A stretch of DNA of 34,476 nucleotides. Source: Seison nebaliae. Lineage: Eukaryota. The notes under the pieces are model-generated. The model saw nothing but the letters and a program-made list of their open reading frames with translations. It searched no databases and was not told where the DNA came from. The stretch covers positions 62,001-96,476 of the forward strand of contig JALJEE010002055.1 in the NCBI GenBank assembly GCA_023231475.1, given 5' to 3'. The position numbers and the translations under genes were made by a program. Positions 13,377-25,635 of this stretch are shown here, piece after piece. Position 1 is the stretch's first letter. Every line of letters begins with the position of its first letter.

Positions 13377-14563
13377 CTTCAATTATTATATATCGTTAAT
13401 TAATCAAACGATATTTTCATTTTTGAGAAATTAGAAATTTTTCCTTTTTTTTCTCACTCTTCTCACTCTCTTACTCGATTTGATGTGTTGACTTTCTCTT
13501 GATTCATTCTTATTATCATCCAATTCAGTTCTTTGGAAGAGACGATGGTATCAGCTGGTGATGGCTGTTGACATATGTTTCGTGAATTTATGTTATCTAG
13601 AAATTTTCTTTAAAAATGATGAGACATTCTCCTTCTCGATATGTTGCGATTGTGTGGGCGATGTAGTGTCATGAGACGGATGGAAAGTGAATGAACAATC
13701 GAGTTGTGTGACACAAGCAGAGGAGAGACATGTCATTGGTACATGTTTCTGGATTGGTAAGTGGAAGTGAGTTCTGGAAACCGGTTCTCTCTCATCATCT
13801 CATGGTTGTCATGTTGGAGATATGTGTTAAAATGACATTCCATCTTTACACCAAAAAAAAAAACACTGTTAAGCTGCGCAATTTCTATTCGCCTCTCTCT
13901 CTCTCTCTCTCTCTCTCGCCGTTAATTCTCTATCTCCCATCACTCTCTTCTCGTCATCTCTCCTTGGCGAGAAGGGGAGCACCGACTTTTTTTGTCCAAT
14001 TGATTTCTTTATCGCAGTTCTAAAAAACTTAAAGAGAAGAATGAAATTCCGAGACAATGATCAATCAACGCGAGCTGGATGGCACAGATAAAATATCGAG
14101 CTCAACGATGGGTTGGCTTGTGTGCAACAAACAAAAAAATAATGACCGACAAGTCACGAAAGAAACAACTTTTAGTTTTCCTTCAACAACTCTATTTTTT
14201 TTTCTCTCCAGTTTTAATAAAATCGTTTATTTTGCGGACTCTTCATCATCCGCCCTCTTTTCATTTTCTCCTTTCACACAATTTACACAATGTACACACA
14301 ATCCACACAAAAAATTGTGTTTAATTAATTTGAAAATTTTATTCCAATATTTAATTTTCGTGTGAAAATTTTCCATTTTAATATGGTCGCACATGTGGTT
14401 TAGAGGAGAAAATAAAAGAAATGTGAAAAATGTGAAGTTGGTGGACTCTCTTAAAAACTAGAAATTGTTAGACATAAATCTCATTCGGATTCAATTTGAA
14501 ATAATTAAAAAATTTGCTTTTCTTCATTTGTTCACTCGAATTTGTTGTTAACGGTCTGGGCGC

Positions 14564-15763
14564 ATGATGGAGAGTAGTCTCGATAATTTTCGGATCGATT
14601 GGCAGTTCTTCAAAGAATTGGAGGATGATCGTGATGAGAAGTTAGTGATCTTCTGTAACAATGAGAAAGAGTGGGAACGGATCGTTCAATTGAAAGTGTT
14701 TTATGCCAATTTAAAATATCACGACCTGGAGGCGTTTCTCCCGAAAATTGAACAAGCTGATCTGCCTCATCTCTATGATTCATTGTTGAAGATGTTACAA
14801 TTGAATAAGATGGAAAAACATTTATCGAACGGTTATCGTCAAGAAATGTCGTTGAGTTTTATTAAGAATTTTTTGAAAATAGTTCAAAATTTCTCTCCGA
14901 TCGATCGACGTGAGGATTGGACAGATGTTGAGATGAGAATGGTGAAATATATCAATTTAATGTTGATCGATCAATTGTTGGTGGCGGAGAACACGTACGA
15001 AAATCAATATTTGAACGACGAAAATGTTCAAATATTTTCCGAAATTTTCGCCATTCTCACCAATTACGATTGTGAAGGTGATAGTCCGTTACTTTACCAT
15101 CATAAATTTGTGGAGATTTACTCAAGTGTTCTTAGACGATGTCATACGAAATGTTGCAAATATTTGAGTAACGTAAATTTCTCGTTCAAACGAATGTTCA
15201 ACATCATCCAGAAAAAAGAGACGTTGACAGAATACGGAGAATTAATCAAACATTTCAAAGATTTCACTTATTCGCTCATTCAGAGCGGCAGTTTCGCCAA
15301 AGAGATCCTCGACGAACATCATGGAGAGATAGTGAAATATTTCCAGGAGGAAACATCGAATTTGACGGCGAATGATATCATATTAATCGTTTTCAATTAC
15401 CATATTGAAACGGGCGATTTGTCAGAGATGATGGATGTGGTATGGTTACTTTTTGCCTCATGGGTCGGATTAGAATTGCCCAAACGACTACAATCCAAAT
15501 TCAAATTAGTCAAACTGAAAATCAATTCATTCAACGAGATCATGTTGTCAATTGCGGCTCGAAGAGTTCTCATGATTCATAAAGGCTTCATGCACGAAAT
15601 CATGCCACACTATTCACAATTGCTACAATTCCATTCGAAAATTATTTGTCGTGATCCGATTAATTACGACGCCGCATGTAACGTCAAAGCAATTGTCGAC
15701 ATTCTCGCCAATCGAATGGGACAGAGGTCGAACAAGAAATTTATGATTGATGTTTTGAATTAG
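14564..15763 (+). CDS. Hypothetical 399-aa protein, probably all-helical
   Basis: Long ATG-initiated ORF with coding-like composition; I recognise no motif. Confidence 0.7.
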   Translation: MMESSLDNFRIDWQFFKELEDDRDEKLVIFCNNEKEWERIVQLKVFYANLKYHDLEAFLPKIEQADLPHLYDSLLKMLQLNKMEKHLSNGYRQEMSLSFIKNFLKIVQNFSPIDRREDWTDVEMRMVKYINLMLIDQLLVAENTYENQYLNDENVQIFSEIFAILTNYDCEGDSPLLYHHKFVEIYSSVLRRCHTKCCKYLSNVNFSFKRMFNIIQKKETLTEYGELIKHFKDFTYSLIQSGSFAKEILDEHHGEIVKYFQEETSNLTANDIILIVFNYHIETGDLSEMMDVVWLLFASWVGLELPKRLQSKFKLVKLKINSFNEIMLSIAARRVLMIHKGFMHEIMPHYSQLLQFHSKIICRDPINYDAACNVKAIVDILANRMGQRSNKKFMIDVLN

Positions 15764-16095
15764 ACGAACAATCGACCGAGTATGAACAACGTACGTAGGA
15801 ATAGGAATGTGTTTTCTTTATTATTTAATTTCTTAATAAAAAGTTTGGAAAAGAATTTGTTGAAGAATTTTTATTTATGTTGTCATGGTAACGGCCTGTC
15901 GGCAATCGATTTGCAAAGTGTTGAGAGGCATTTATTCTTTGTGAGACATTGAACAGCAAATAAATTTCTCATTTTATCGACAATAATTTTGATATTAACT
16001 ACATGTCATGGGAACTAATCGAATGGACAAGTTTCTTCTTTCCTTATTCTCATTTGATTCCCCCTTCCTAATACTACTATAATTCACGTAGTGAC

Positions 16096-17108
16096 ATGTC
16101 AGATGTGAAACCAATTCAATCTCAACCTGATCGTCTCCAGTCGAATGATTTGAGACTGTTGAGTACGATCGAATATTTAGAAGTTAAACAGGAAGTAGAT
16201 AAGGCGGAAAGTTTATCATTTCATTCATCATCATCATCATCATCAGGTTATTCTCTCCCATTTTTATCCGTACGTATGAAAAGTGATCGTCAATTGGGAA
16301 CAAGCGAACAAATATCGAATAAAAAAAGCGAATGGACATACTTTGTTGTTTGCTAAAGAAAGTTGGAAATCCTTCACTAATTCCGTTAACATCTCGATGA
16401 ATAGGAGAAAGTGGAATGTGTTCGAGGAATTGTTGCAAATCGAAACGATCATTCACCATGGATGTTATGGACGATCAAGGTTTAAACAAATCTTCATCTT
16501 TATTTATTTATTATTATTATTATTATTCATTATTTATTATTATTTGAATTTAGGTAAAGCAATTTTTCTGGTGACGAGAAAATTCAAATGTTGTGCGTCG
16601 ACTATTTGCTCAAATTGTTGTGCGTGCAACAATAATGCATGCACACAAGAAGCGAAAATAGTGGCAGCGGATGGCACTCCCTACGCATTTGTCCGAGCCG
16701 GGTTAGAATAATTTACCATCAAACGGAAATACTTCACCATCTTTTAGTTGTTCTTTCGTTCGGCCACGTTACGTGGTGGTGGACGAGGAGGAGAGAGACG
16801 TGCTTGAAGTGATTGGTGGAATGTGCGAAGGAAACAAGTGCTTGCTTTGTCGAGATTATGTTCTCAAAATAAAATCGTCGGTCGACGGAGAACAAATCGG
16901 TCGAATCGGCAAAGAATGGGCCGGTCTCGGCAAAGAGATGTTTACGAAAGCCGACAATTACAACATCCATTTCCCACCTGACTTAGACGCGAAAATCAAG
17001 GCCGGTATCATCGGAACCATCTTCCTTCTCGTTAATACCATTTCCATCATCATTTCCGTCTAAAACATCTTTCAGGATTTTATGTATTATGAGAAAAAAT
17101 CAGATTAA
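16096..17108 (+). CDS. Phospholipid scramblase family protein (~243 aa, 6 exons)
   Basis: Exons 16096-16210, 16284-16361, 16405-16479, 16554-16701, 16748-17030 and 17076-17108 are in phase. PLSCR motifs: EQANKYRIK, CSRNCC..R.F, a Cys-rich CC segment, IGRIGKEWAGLGKEMFTKADNYNIHFPPDLDAKIKA and LLDFMYYE. Confidence 0.9.
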
Positions 17109-17474
17109 ACGCGATAGACAAGGTCATCCTCTATTTGGACGATGTGGCGAAGAGATTAAGAACTAAATTTTTATTAAAATTCATTTCAAACTTTCCCTCG
17201 ACATTTCGACAATAATCACGACAATTCCACAAATTCAGCCAACACACCCAATGTTTTTAAAAATAACTACTTTACGTTTATCACTTGATCAGGTAGTTGG
17301 GGGAGTGTATTAAATGATAAATACGTAAACGAGTATAGGAATGAGAATATCAAAAAATTAAAAGTTTCATTAAAATGTTGTTCGTTTAATTTCTCCAACG
17401 ACAATGGACGACTATCTATAAAGAGGGAAGACAACTCGTACGAAGGGACACGTAAATGACTCATTAGAAAAACA

Positions 17475-19073
17475 ATGTTGAAATCAATTTTTTGTTGTTG
17501 TGACAATGAAAAAGATTATCTTGATGAGAACGAATTGGATGAGGAAGGAAATCCCAAAAATGATAATCACCTGCAACGAGTGGGTACTCAAAGTACTTTA
17601 GCGTCGACCATTCTCAATCCTAATTCCATCATCGGCAAAGGATTGATGAGTATGCTCACACCAGAAGAACGGAAGCAAGCTAACGAATGGGTACAAATGC
17701 AACAACAACAACAACAACAACAAGAATATGAGGAAGAAAAAATTCAAAATAATGAAATCGATATCGATAGAGAAGAAGAAGAAGATGATGATGATGATGA
17801 TGATGATGAAGTAGAAATGAGAACGTTACAACCTGATTATCAACCGACCGACGATATGACAATTACGTCAGAACGTTCGATGAATAATAAGAGAAAAGAA
17901 AGAAAATTATCACCATCACGTAACGGTGGTCGAATTCGACGATTGAATACGCAGGAACGTTTAAATTTCATGAGTGTGAACAATCGTCAAATGAACGATA
18001 ATGTCATGAGGAATATGAGCGATCCATTCGATGTGAATTTCTTCGATCAACTTTCCATTTCGAGTGATGAGGAGGCGAGTGAATTCGCTTCCAACATCTC
18101 CTCCACCGACGACGACGACGATTTATTAAACGGTTCCAATTTAATTTTATAATTAATAATTTAATTTTTTATTTTATAATTTAATTTTTAAACATTTTCT
18201 ATTTAATTTCAGATCAGGAAAATCAGGATTTATCATGCAAGATCTGTTTCCACATTTTGAGAGATGCGAAAAAGTTCTCTTGTAACGATTCGTTTTGTTC
18301 GAATTGTCTGAAGAAATTGGTGGGGAATAAGTTAAAGGAATTGAAGACGAACAATCCGTTGGGTCTCAGTCAATTGAGGGAGATGGTTATCAATTGTCCG
18401 TTGTGTCTCCAACCGACCACGTTGATATCGGAGAACGGATTTTCCTTCAAATCCAAAAGTGAACGGAATGAATTGAGAGATGATCTGCTCGACCAACTAG
18501 AGAATGATAATGATGCAGGTCATCGAATAGAAAATGCGAATTTGAAAAAAAAGAAAATAAATCGTCCCACTATCGCCGACGACGATCTGGATCCCATTCC
18601 AAATTATAGTGATTATCCGTCATATGATAATGAGTCGTATAAACGGAAAGAACGAAAGAAACGTCAATCGAAAAAACAAAAAAAGTTTCAAATTTTATTT
18701 TTTCAAATTTAAAATTTCCATCAAAATTTCCATCAAAATTCCATCAATTTCTAGTAATCGACTCACTCTCATCGTTCAGGAATATGAAGTGTGGACTGAT
18801 CGGAAATTTAAGGAATATAAAGGATATCATTTATTGGCGGTGAAGCCGCGACATAACATCAAATCCATATCTGACTACATCGAAACGGATGTGAAGAGAT
18901 CAGATCAATTATTTCTTTGTTTATCCGACAATCATTCGACATGGCAGCGATTGAAGAAGAATGCGAGAGTTGCCGATTTCTGTAAGAACGTGGAAGGATT
19001 AGAGAACGATACTATATACATGGTAAACAAGAGGAAAACGGAAGGCGATTTCGAAAAATTTTCAGACAATTAA
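17475..19073 (+). CDS. RING-finger protein with acidic/poly-Q N-terminus (~482 aa, 3 exons)
   Basis: Exons 17475-18132, 18213-18684 and 18755-19073 are in phase. RING: CKIC-x10-CNDSFCSNC-x30-CPLC. N-terminus is MLKSIFCCC. Confidence 0.75.
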
Positions 19074-19584
19074 AATTCTTTCATTAACTCACATCAATGG
19101 CTGATTAGGAAAATTAAATAATTTTAAATAATTTTCAAATTTCTTCCCAACATTCTCTCCATTAAAAAACTCCATTTTTTCCGTTTCCATTTTCCTGTTC
19201 AACAGACGATGAGGAAAAGAATAATGATTTATTTATTTAAAGGAGAAACTTCTTGAGAGAAAGAGAATAAAAAGACGATTTATTATCCGTCAAAAGTTGT
19301 AGTTGTATGAAATTGAGTTGAGAGTCAGATCTGATTCGATGAGTTATTAATTTCGAACATAACACTTTCCCCTTATCGCTCCTACGTGGGATGATGATGA
19401 AAGCAGAGATGATTCCACTAATTTACATCAGCATTAAATGGGAGGAGAAAGGAGCACAACATAAACATTAGAATTTTCCGAAGAATTTCCTTTTCATTCA
19501 GTTCATCTTTTTCGGTAAAAAAAAAATAAGAGACTTTACAACAGAATAAGAGAATTATAAAAAAAAAACAGGAAAAAAGAAAGA

Positions 19585-19861
19585 ATGGGAAAATTTGGTG
19601 GTGGGGGGGAGAAGTGTGGACGTTGTGAGAAAACGGTGTACGCGACGGAATTGATAACGGCGGCAAAACGAGTTAATTTAAATTTACTCATTCTCTTCTT
19701 ATTCTCTTGATATTCAGGCGTGGCATAAGAGTTGCTTCAAATGTAAGAGTTGTGGAACACGACTCGAATTGCGATCATACAAAGATTGGAAGGAAGAGAT
19801 CTATTGTAATGGTTGTTATGGCAACGTACATCAACCATTCGCCAAAGAGAATGTGAAATGA
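19585..19861 (+). CDS. Small single-LIM protein of the CRP/CRIP/muscle-LIM type (76 aa, 2 exons); absent from the ORF track
   Basis: Exons 19585-19671 and 19718-19861 give MGKFGGGGEKCGRCEKTVYATELITAAKR|AWHKSCFKCKSCGTRLELRSYKDWKEEIYCNGCYGNVHQPFAKENVK*, a complete LIM C-x2-C..H-x2-C-x2-C-x2-C..C-x2-C pattern. Confidence 0.92.
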
Positions 19862-19914
19862 TTTTTCAATTTGAAAATAATTTCTTTTTCAAATAATTTT
19901 TTTTAATATTTTTT

Positions 19915-19944
19915 TTATGAAAATTTTCGCTTCAATCGATTTTT

Positions 19945-19979
<35 letters not shown>

Positions 19980-21207
19980 TAATTCTTCCATAAGAGATAT
20001 CGTCAACGATCTTATTGAGGACTTGTTTGACATTGACATCCACATCGATAATCGATTCGGGAATTGATTTCATCGAAATCGATTGTGATGATTTTTTGAT
20101 GATTCCGTATACGTGTTGATGGAGAGTGTGGAGATAATGTTGAAGTTTGTCCATCGAAATGAGATTCATATCGTTGCCCGTCACTAATTTAGGTGTGAGT
20201 AATTTCTCCTCTCCGAAATAGTCGTAAAAGATGTTCGAATCAGGTAGATGATCGGGAAGAGTTTCATCGACACAAATCGCCGTTTCGTACGCCCAACAAC
20301 GTGAGACGTGACGTACTGTATATCCGCCTCCGCCGAGAATGATGGTAGGGAGATTGTAGGAACGAATGATTGACACACATTTTCCATGATCTTCGATTTG
20401 GAGATTAAGTCCACCCAATCGGTCACCAGCTAAACTATCGGCTCCACATTGCATAACGATACAATTTGGTTGATAGAAATAAATGACATCTTTAACAATT
20501 TTTTGAAAAATATTTAAATATTGAGCAGGTGGAATATTTTCTGGTAAAGGAACATTGATGGAAGTTCCATAAGATTCATCGTTTCCGCCACATTCATACA
20601 TGTGACCGGTACCAGGAAAGAATTGTTTACCATATCGATGGAATGAGAGAGTACAAACTCGATTGGTATGATAAAATGATTCCTGCACACCGTCACCATG
20701 ATGGCAATCAATATCGACATATAACACTCGAGAATGTCGTCGTAACAATTCGAGGATGGAGAGGACGATATCGTTGATATAACAGAAACCGGAAGCGGAA
20801 GAACGACGTGCATGATGTAATCCGCCCGACCAATTAATTCCAATATCACATAAAGAATTATTGATGAGATAAGCACAATTCAATGAGGCTCCTGTATATT
20901 TTGAACAGAATTCATACAATCCGTCAAAGATCGGACAATCGTTCCCTGCGGAGAAGGTGGGCAATCGGTGCGTTGGGCCCACAGGCAACTGCACAAATTT
21001 TATGTAATCAATCGAATGCAATTTATTGATGTCATGCATCGTCGCTTCATATGGACGATAAAGTGTCATATACTCATCCAATCCATAATCGATCACCAAA
21101 GAATTAGTGATGTTAATCCGATATGGTTTCATAGGATGACCACATCCGTAATGATACTTACCCACATCATTATCGTACATATAAGCGACACGTCGTTTAT
21201 TATTCAT
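19915..21207 (-). CDS. HDAC3: Class I histone deacetylase, HDAC3-like (intronless)
   Basis: Motifs VAYMYDNDVGKYHYGCGHPMKP, GGLHHA, SGFCY, DIDCHHGDGVQE, FFPGTG.MYE, GADSL.GDRLG and GGGGYTVR. The first in-frame ATG is 21207; the track's 21219 start is a TTG preceded by an in-frame stop. Confidence 0.92.
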
Positions 21208-21599
21208 TCTCCTATACAAATCTTCCTACACGTTTCATGCCATCCATACGACGATTGGGAAGATCATTAAAAGAAAGATGGTTTTTTACCGTCGTTCTCC
21301 AATTCTCTTCCTCAATTTTGGATGAGGAGAGGAATTTGAAGCACAATCTTTTTATTCATCGATTTTTTTATTTTCAAATTTTTGGCTTTGTTAAGCTCTT
21401 CTAACGTTCCTTTTCACTTCTAGAACATTCCACATCGTCATTCAATTCATTCTCATTTTATACCTTTCCTTCTTTTTTATTTTTTATCTTTCTTATTTTC
21501 AATCTTTTCTTCTTTCTCATTTTCATTCATTTAAAATATATTTTTATATTTTTCGTTTTCTAATTGAAATTTTCCATTGAAGATAGATTTGTATCTTTG

Positions 21600-22150
21600 T
21601 CTAGGTTTATCAACATACAGACTGTGATACGCTCCAGTCTGATATGGTATAAAAGGGATGATCGATGGAAATAGTTAAGATCTCCTCATCTCGCCCGATG
21701 AGACGAGCAAAGGTAACAAATGGACACAATTCAGTTACCTTTGCGACATAATGGACCTTGTTTGGGACGGAGAATATCCTCCTAATCATGGTCATCATTA
21801 TGTCGCTATAAGGGCTTGTCGAATCCTCCTAATAGGAGGATTCCTATATTTTCTATCAGGCTTTTAATACTGAAGTTATATGATCAGGTCTGATGTCCGA
21901 CCTTCGATTACGATATAGCACAATCTAATCATAAGGGTGCCGCGAAATACAACTGGAACCATTCGGTATTGTAATGAGCCATGTTGAACACGAATACAAT
22001 TGCTTCACCTATATTGTGACCTTGTCGACGCTCATTGCTAAGGAATGAAGATTACCCCACTATTTTCCAAGGTAAATTTCCCGTATTGTCACTATAAAGA
22101 AATCATTCGAAGCTTATCAATCATTATATAAGGGTGCATTGCATGTTTAA
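21600..22150 (+). ncRNA. Candidate structured RNA element A (unknown family)
   Basis: Series of perfect stems (21707-21717/21734-21744, 21743-21753/21796-21806, 21821-21830/21834-21843, 21618-21624/21635-21641) plus an imperfect long-range helix (21647-21674 with 21844-21870). No convincing ORF. Expression is not shown. Confidence 0.45.
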
Positions 22151-22252
22151 TCTGGATTCTCTCAATTTATTTCATATCTATTAAGGCCTATAATTAGTAA
22201 AACCGATAATCGATATCATAAATCAAAAAGAGGATTTAATAATTTCATCTTT

Positions 22253-22345
22253 ATTCATTTAATACTCTTCATTCATTTAATACTCTTCATTCATCTAATA
22301 CTCTTCATTCATCTAATACTCTTCATTCATTTAATACTCTTCATT
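22253..22345. repeat. 18-bp minisatellite (CATTCATYTAATACTCTT) x ~5
   Basis: Read directly from the sequence. Confidence 0.9.
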
Positions 22346-22617
22346 ATTCATATTGTTGTACATATTCTCAACAAAATATAAATGTAACTTCAATTTCAAT
22401 AAACGTTTCTTCACAAAATTTCTTTTTAAATTATTCTCATTCACTTTTATAAAAATCCGTTCGAATTTAGTTTATCGAACTCTCTTTATAATGAATATAT
22501 ATAATCCTTTATAATAGAAATAAAAATTTAAAAATAAATTTACAGAAAATTTTAAAAAAAATTTTAAAATTCTGATCAACTTTCTGAAGTCTAAAGACAA
22601 AAAAAGAATTTTATTTT

Positions 22618-23609
22618 TCAAATTTCTTCATCGTCATCAATTAATTCCATGATATCATCTTCGTCATCATCATCGTCGTCATCATCATTTTCTTCATAGA
22701 ACACTTTATGACAAGTGCCCATTCTTGATTGTGCCTGTAATTCATTCATGAAGGATTGTTGAACGAGTTGTCTCGACAGTTTCTCCTCTTCATTCAATTC
22801 TAATTTGAATTTCTGATCTTTGAAAATATCTTCCATTCTCAATTTCCTGTAGATGATGTTGAAGAATTAAGAGGAAAAAAAAAAAAGAAACTTTTCTACT
22901 TTTCTTTCGATTTCTTTCCTTTCCATTTTTCCATTCACATCGAAAACGATTCGTTCATTCTGGAATGATATAAATTAAAAATGTTCAATAAATAAAACAT
23001 ATAAAAAACATATTGGAAATGGAAAGATTTGATGGTTGGTGTCATTTGCCACTTCACTTCAGAATAATCGTCTTTCCGTCCAATCTCTAAAATGATGTTC
23101 GACATCCTCCCCAATTGATCGAACAGATATGGAGAAATAATTCCATTTATTTCGATCGATAAATAAATTGTCAAATTCTTCTTATTCGTTAATTTTTTGA
23201 GATTGGACAGAAATCGATTGTTCATTTCCTCTTCTTCACAATCGAAGAAATGATTCAAATTATAAATCAACAATTCTTTTTTATTCAATCCGATCAATTC
23301 ATTCAAACTATTTTATCGATATATTCAATCAAAAAAAAATTATTTGAAAATCTTCAAATTTTTTTTCAAAAAATTTTCTCATCAAATTTTAACCTTTCCT
23401 TCAATTTCTCGATGTTCTCCTTCGAATCATATGACGGAAGAATACATCGACTCGTCTCTGATGACATTGAACACATTCCTTCATTAAACGTCACATAATT
23501 CCTTTAAAATTTCATAAAAAAATTTTTGATAAAAAAAAAACTTTTCCAATTTCAAAATTTTGAGAATTTCTTCCAATTTCCATTTGGAATCATCTGTCCA
23601 ATTTCTCAT
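22618..23609 (-). CDS. ELP5: Elongator complex subunit 5-like (~256 aa, 5 exons)
   Basis: Exons 23609-23542, 23501-23394, 23307-23010, 22959-22892 and 22846-22618 are in phase. The C-terminus FKLELNEEEKLSRQLVQQSF...KVFYEENDDDD...DDDEEI matches the Elp5 terminal signature (F-x-L-x-L-x3-E-x3-R ... IFYEPD..D..DDDLDI). Confidence 0.7.
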
Positions 23610-23854
23610 TCAACATCAAATGGGAGAGAAACAACTAACGGAAGAGAGTGACGAGAACGAAATTCAGTTTAATTTTCTCTAAACGATCGTTGATGATTTC
23701 GATCATCTTTTCTCGGAAATTGATGGAAATTTGAATTTGGCCTGGAATTAGAAAAATAATTTCTTATCATATTCTGGAGAGAATGTCCACTTGGAATTAT
23801 TTGGTGCCATTTTAGATTATTCTGTACCGACTGGAACATCTCCATGACGTCGAA

Positions 23855-24793
23855 ATGGATCGGAAATCGGAGACAGGCGGAAAATTCGTTGGAATTGATC
23901 GACAACTCAATTTTTGTTTACAATCGACATTTGATGTTGTGAATTTTTTGAAAATTAATTTTCTTTCAATCTCTCACTTTGAAGAATGCGAAAATTTTAG
24001 GTTTCCGTTTTGATGGAAATGATGAGCAGTTCATTCGAGGAGAAGAATTCTCCTTAACCAAACCGGCACATCATTTAATTTCACTGGTACTTTGTATAAC
24101 GAATTTCGTTGATGACGAACGACGATTAATATCGGACCGATATCGGAAAGATCTAGAGAGAATGGCATCGGAGAACGTTGTAAAGAAATCGAACGATTTT
24201 TCCACATCGAGAATTTATCAAGAGCAACAAGAAAAATTGACGAAATTGAGAAGAAATAACGAGAAATTGGAAAATGAAATGAAAAAGTTGTCGAAACAAC
24301 TCAAAATGAAAAGCGCCGAAGTTTTTTTTCTTCAAATTTCTATTTTATTAAATTCAAATTATATTTCCAATAATCAATTTTTTTTTAGTTGTCTCGTTGT
24401 AATAATGAATTGTGTGTGAATGAGAATAAATGGAAAGAATTATTAAGGAAACAAAAAGATATATACGAAATTAAGTTGAAAGGCGAACGAAGTCATTTGA
24501 TGGAAAATACGTCACAAACTGATATTCATCTAATCGATCAGGAAACGGATGACAGCGGTGATTGTACAAGAACAGTCAATGGAACCAAATGTTTCTATCA
24601 AACAATTAATGACTCGATGGAATTGAAGATGTTGGAATTGGCGGAAAAACATCATGGGATGGAGGGCAATGTAATGAGATATGAGGAAATGTTAAAGAAA
24701 TTGAGGAAATTGTTAAAGATGGACGATAATGAAAAGGAATCGGAATTGATTAGAAATATTTATCGATTGATCGAATCTCTACATGTCAAATGA
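23855..24793 (+). CDS. Coiled-coil protein (~273 aa, 3 exons), family uncertain
   Basis: Exons 23855-23935 (tentative), 23985-24320 and 24389-24793 are in phase; heptad-like E/K/L-rich segments. Confidence 0.6.
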
Positions 24794-24937
24794 GATTGAG
24801 AAGATTTCGAAGAGAAGTTCTTCTTTCAATATTATTTCACTTCTCTTTCAATCTTTATTGAAAATTTATTGATCTATTAAAAAATGTTGAGATAATATAT
24901 TAATAAACAATTCATCTATTATAAATTTTAATAAAGT

Positions 24938-25635
24938 TTAATTTTCGCTCCAAATGATTTCTGCTTCGAAAATTGAGTTTTGAATAATAAACGGCCGGTA
25001 ACAATTTGGAGGTGCCATAATTATTTTTGGATCCATCGCAGAGACTTCTTCTGCCAATACTTTCATACTTTTATGGAGAGAATCTATAAAATTAATTAAA
25101 AATATAATTCTATAAGTTCTATTATCTAACTTCCATATTTCATTGAAAAATGGACATTTCGAGTGTGGTACGATGGCTTCCAACACGCTTCAAGTCCCGA
25201 GGAACTTGCGTCTCCTATTAGAAATGTACCATTTTTCATATAACTATTCCAAATAATACCATATTTATCGTTATCTGGCTCACCAATTAGCCAAAGTTTA
25301 CATTTAGATCCATCGTTGTACATTTTTGACTGATATTTATCGCGCCATTGCCCATAAGTGCTAAATACATCCAATCCAAGATTAATAGAACGTCTAATAG
25401 ATCTTTGGAGAGCAGGATAAATGACATCTGTAGTGTATTGCAAGAAATGCATATCCCACACTTGTAATTCAGACCAGTCAGATCCAAAACTTTCACATGT
25501 CAGAGAACTTCCTACAGAACTTTCGATTATAATTTCACTGGAATAATATTTGCCCATATAATTGAAAGAATAATTTTCTTCTTTCGAGAGATTTATTCTT
25601 AATACAAGAATACAGAAGTAAAAGAACATAAACAT
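24938..25635 (-). CDS. Secreted C-type-lectin-like protein, copy 1 (~216 aa)
   Basis: Signal-like MFMFFYFCILVL. CTLD-like landmarks: LTCESFG..W, INLGL, QW.D, W..GEPDN, ACWK. Exons 25635-25131 and 25083-24938. Confidence 0.7.

Noticed and set aside
21608..21646. miR-2-like seed TATCACAG on the minus strand
   Set aside because: The seed falls largely in the hairpin loop and the stem is too short for a pre-miRNA.
22253..22345. CRISPR-like array (also considered for the tRNA repeats)
   Set aside because: Head-to-tail minisatellite without spacers; no cas genes; eukaryotic context.
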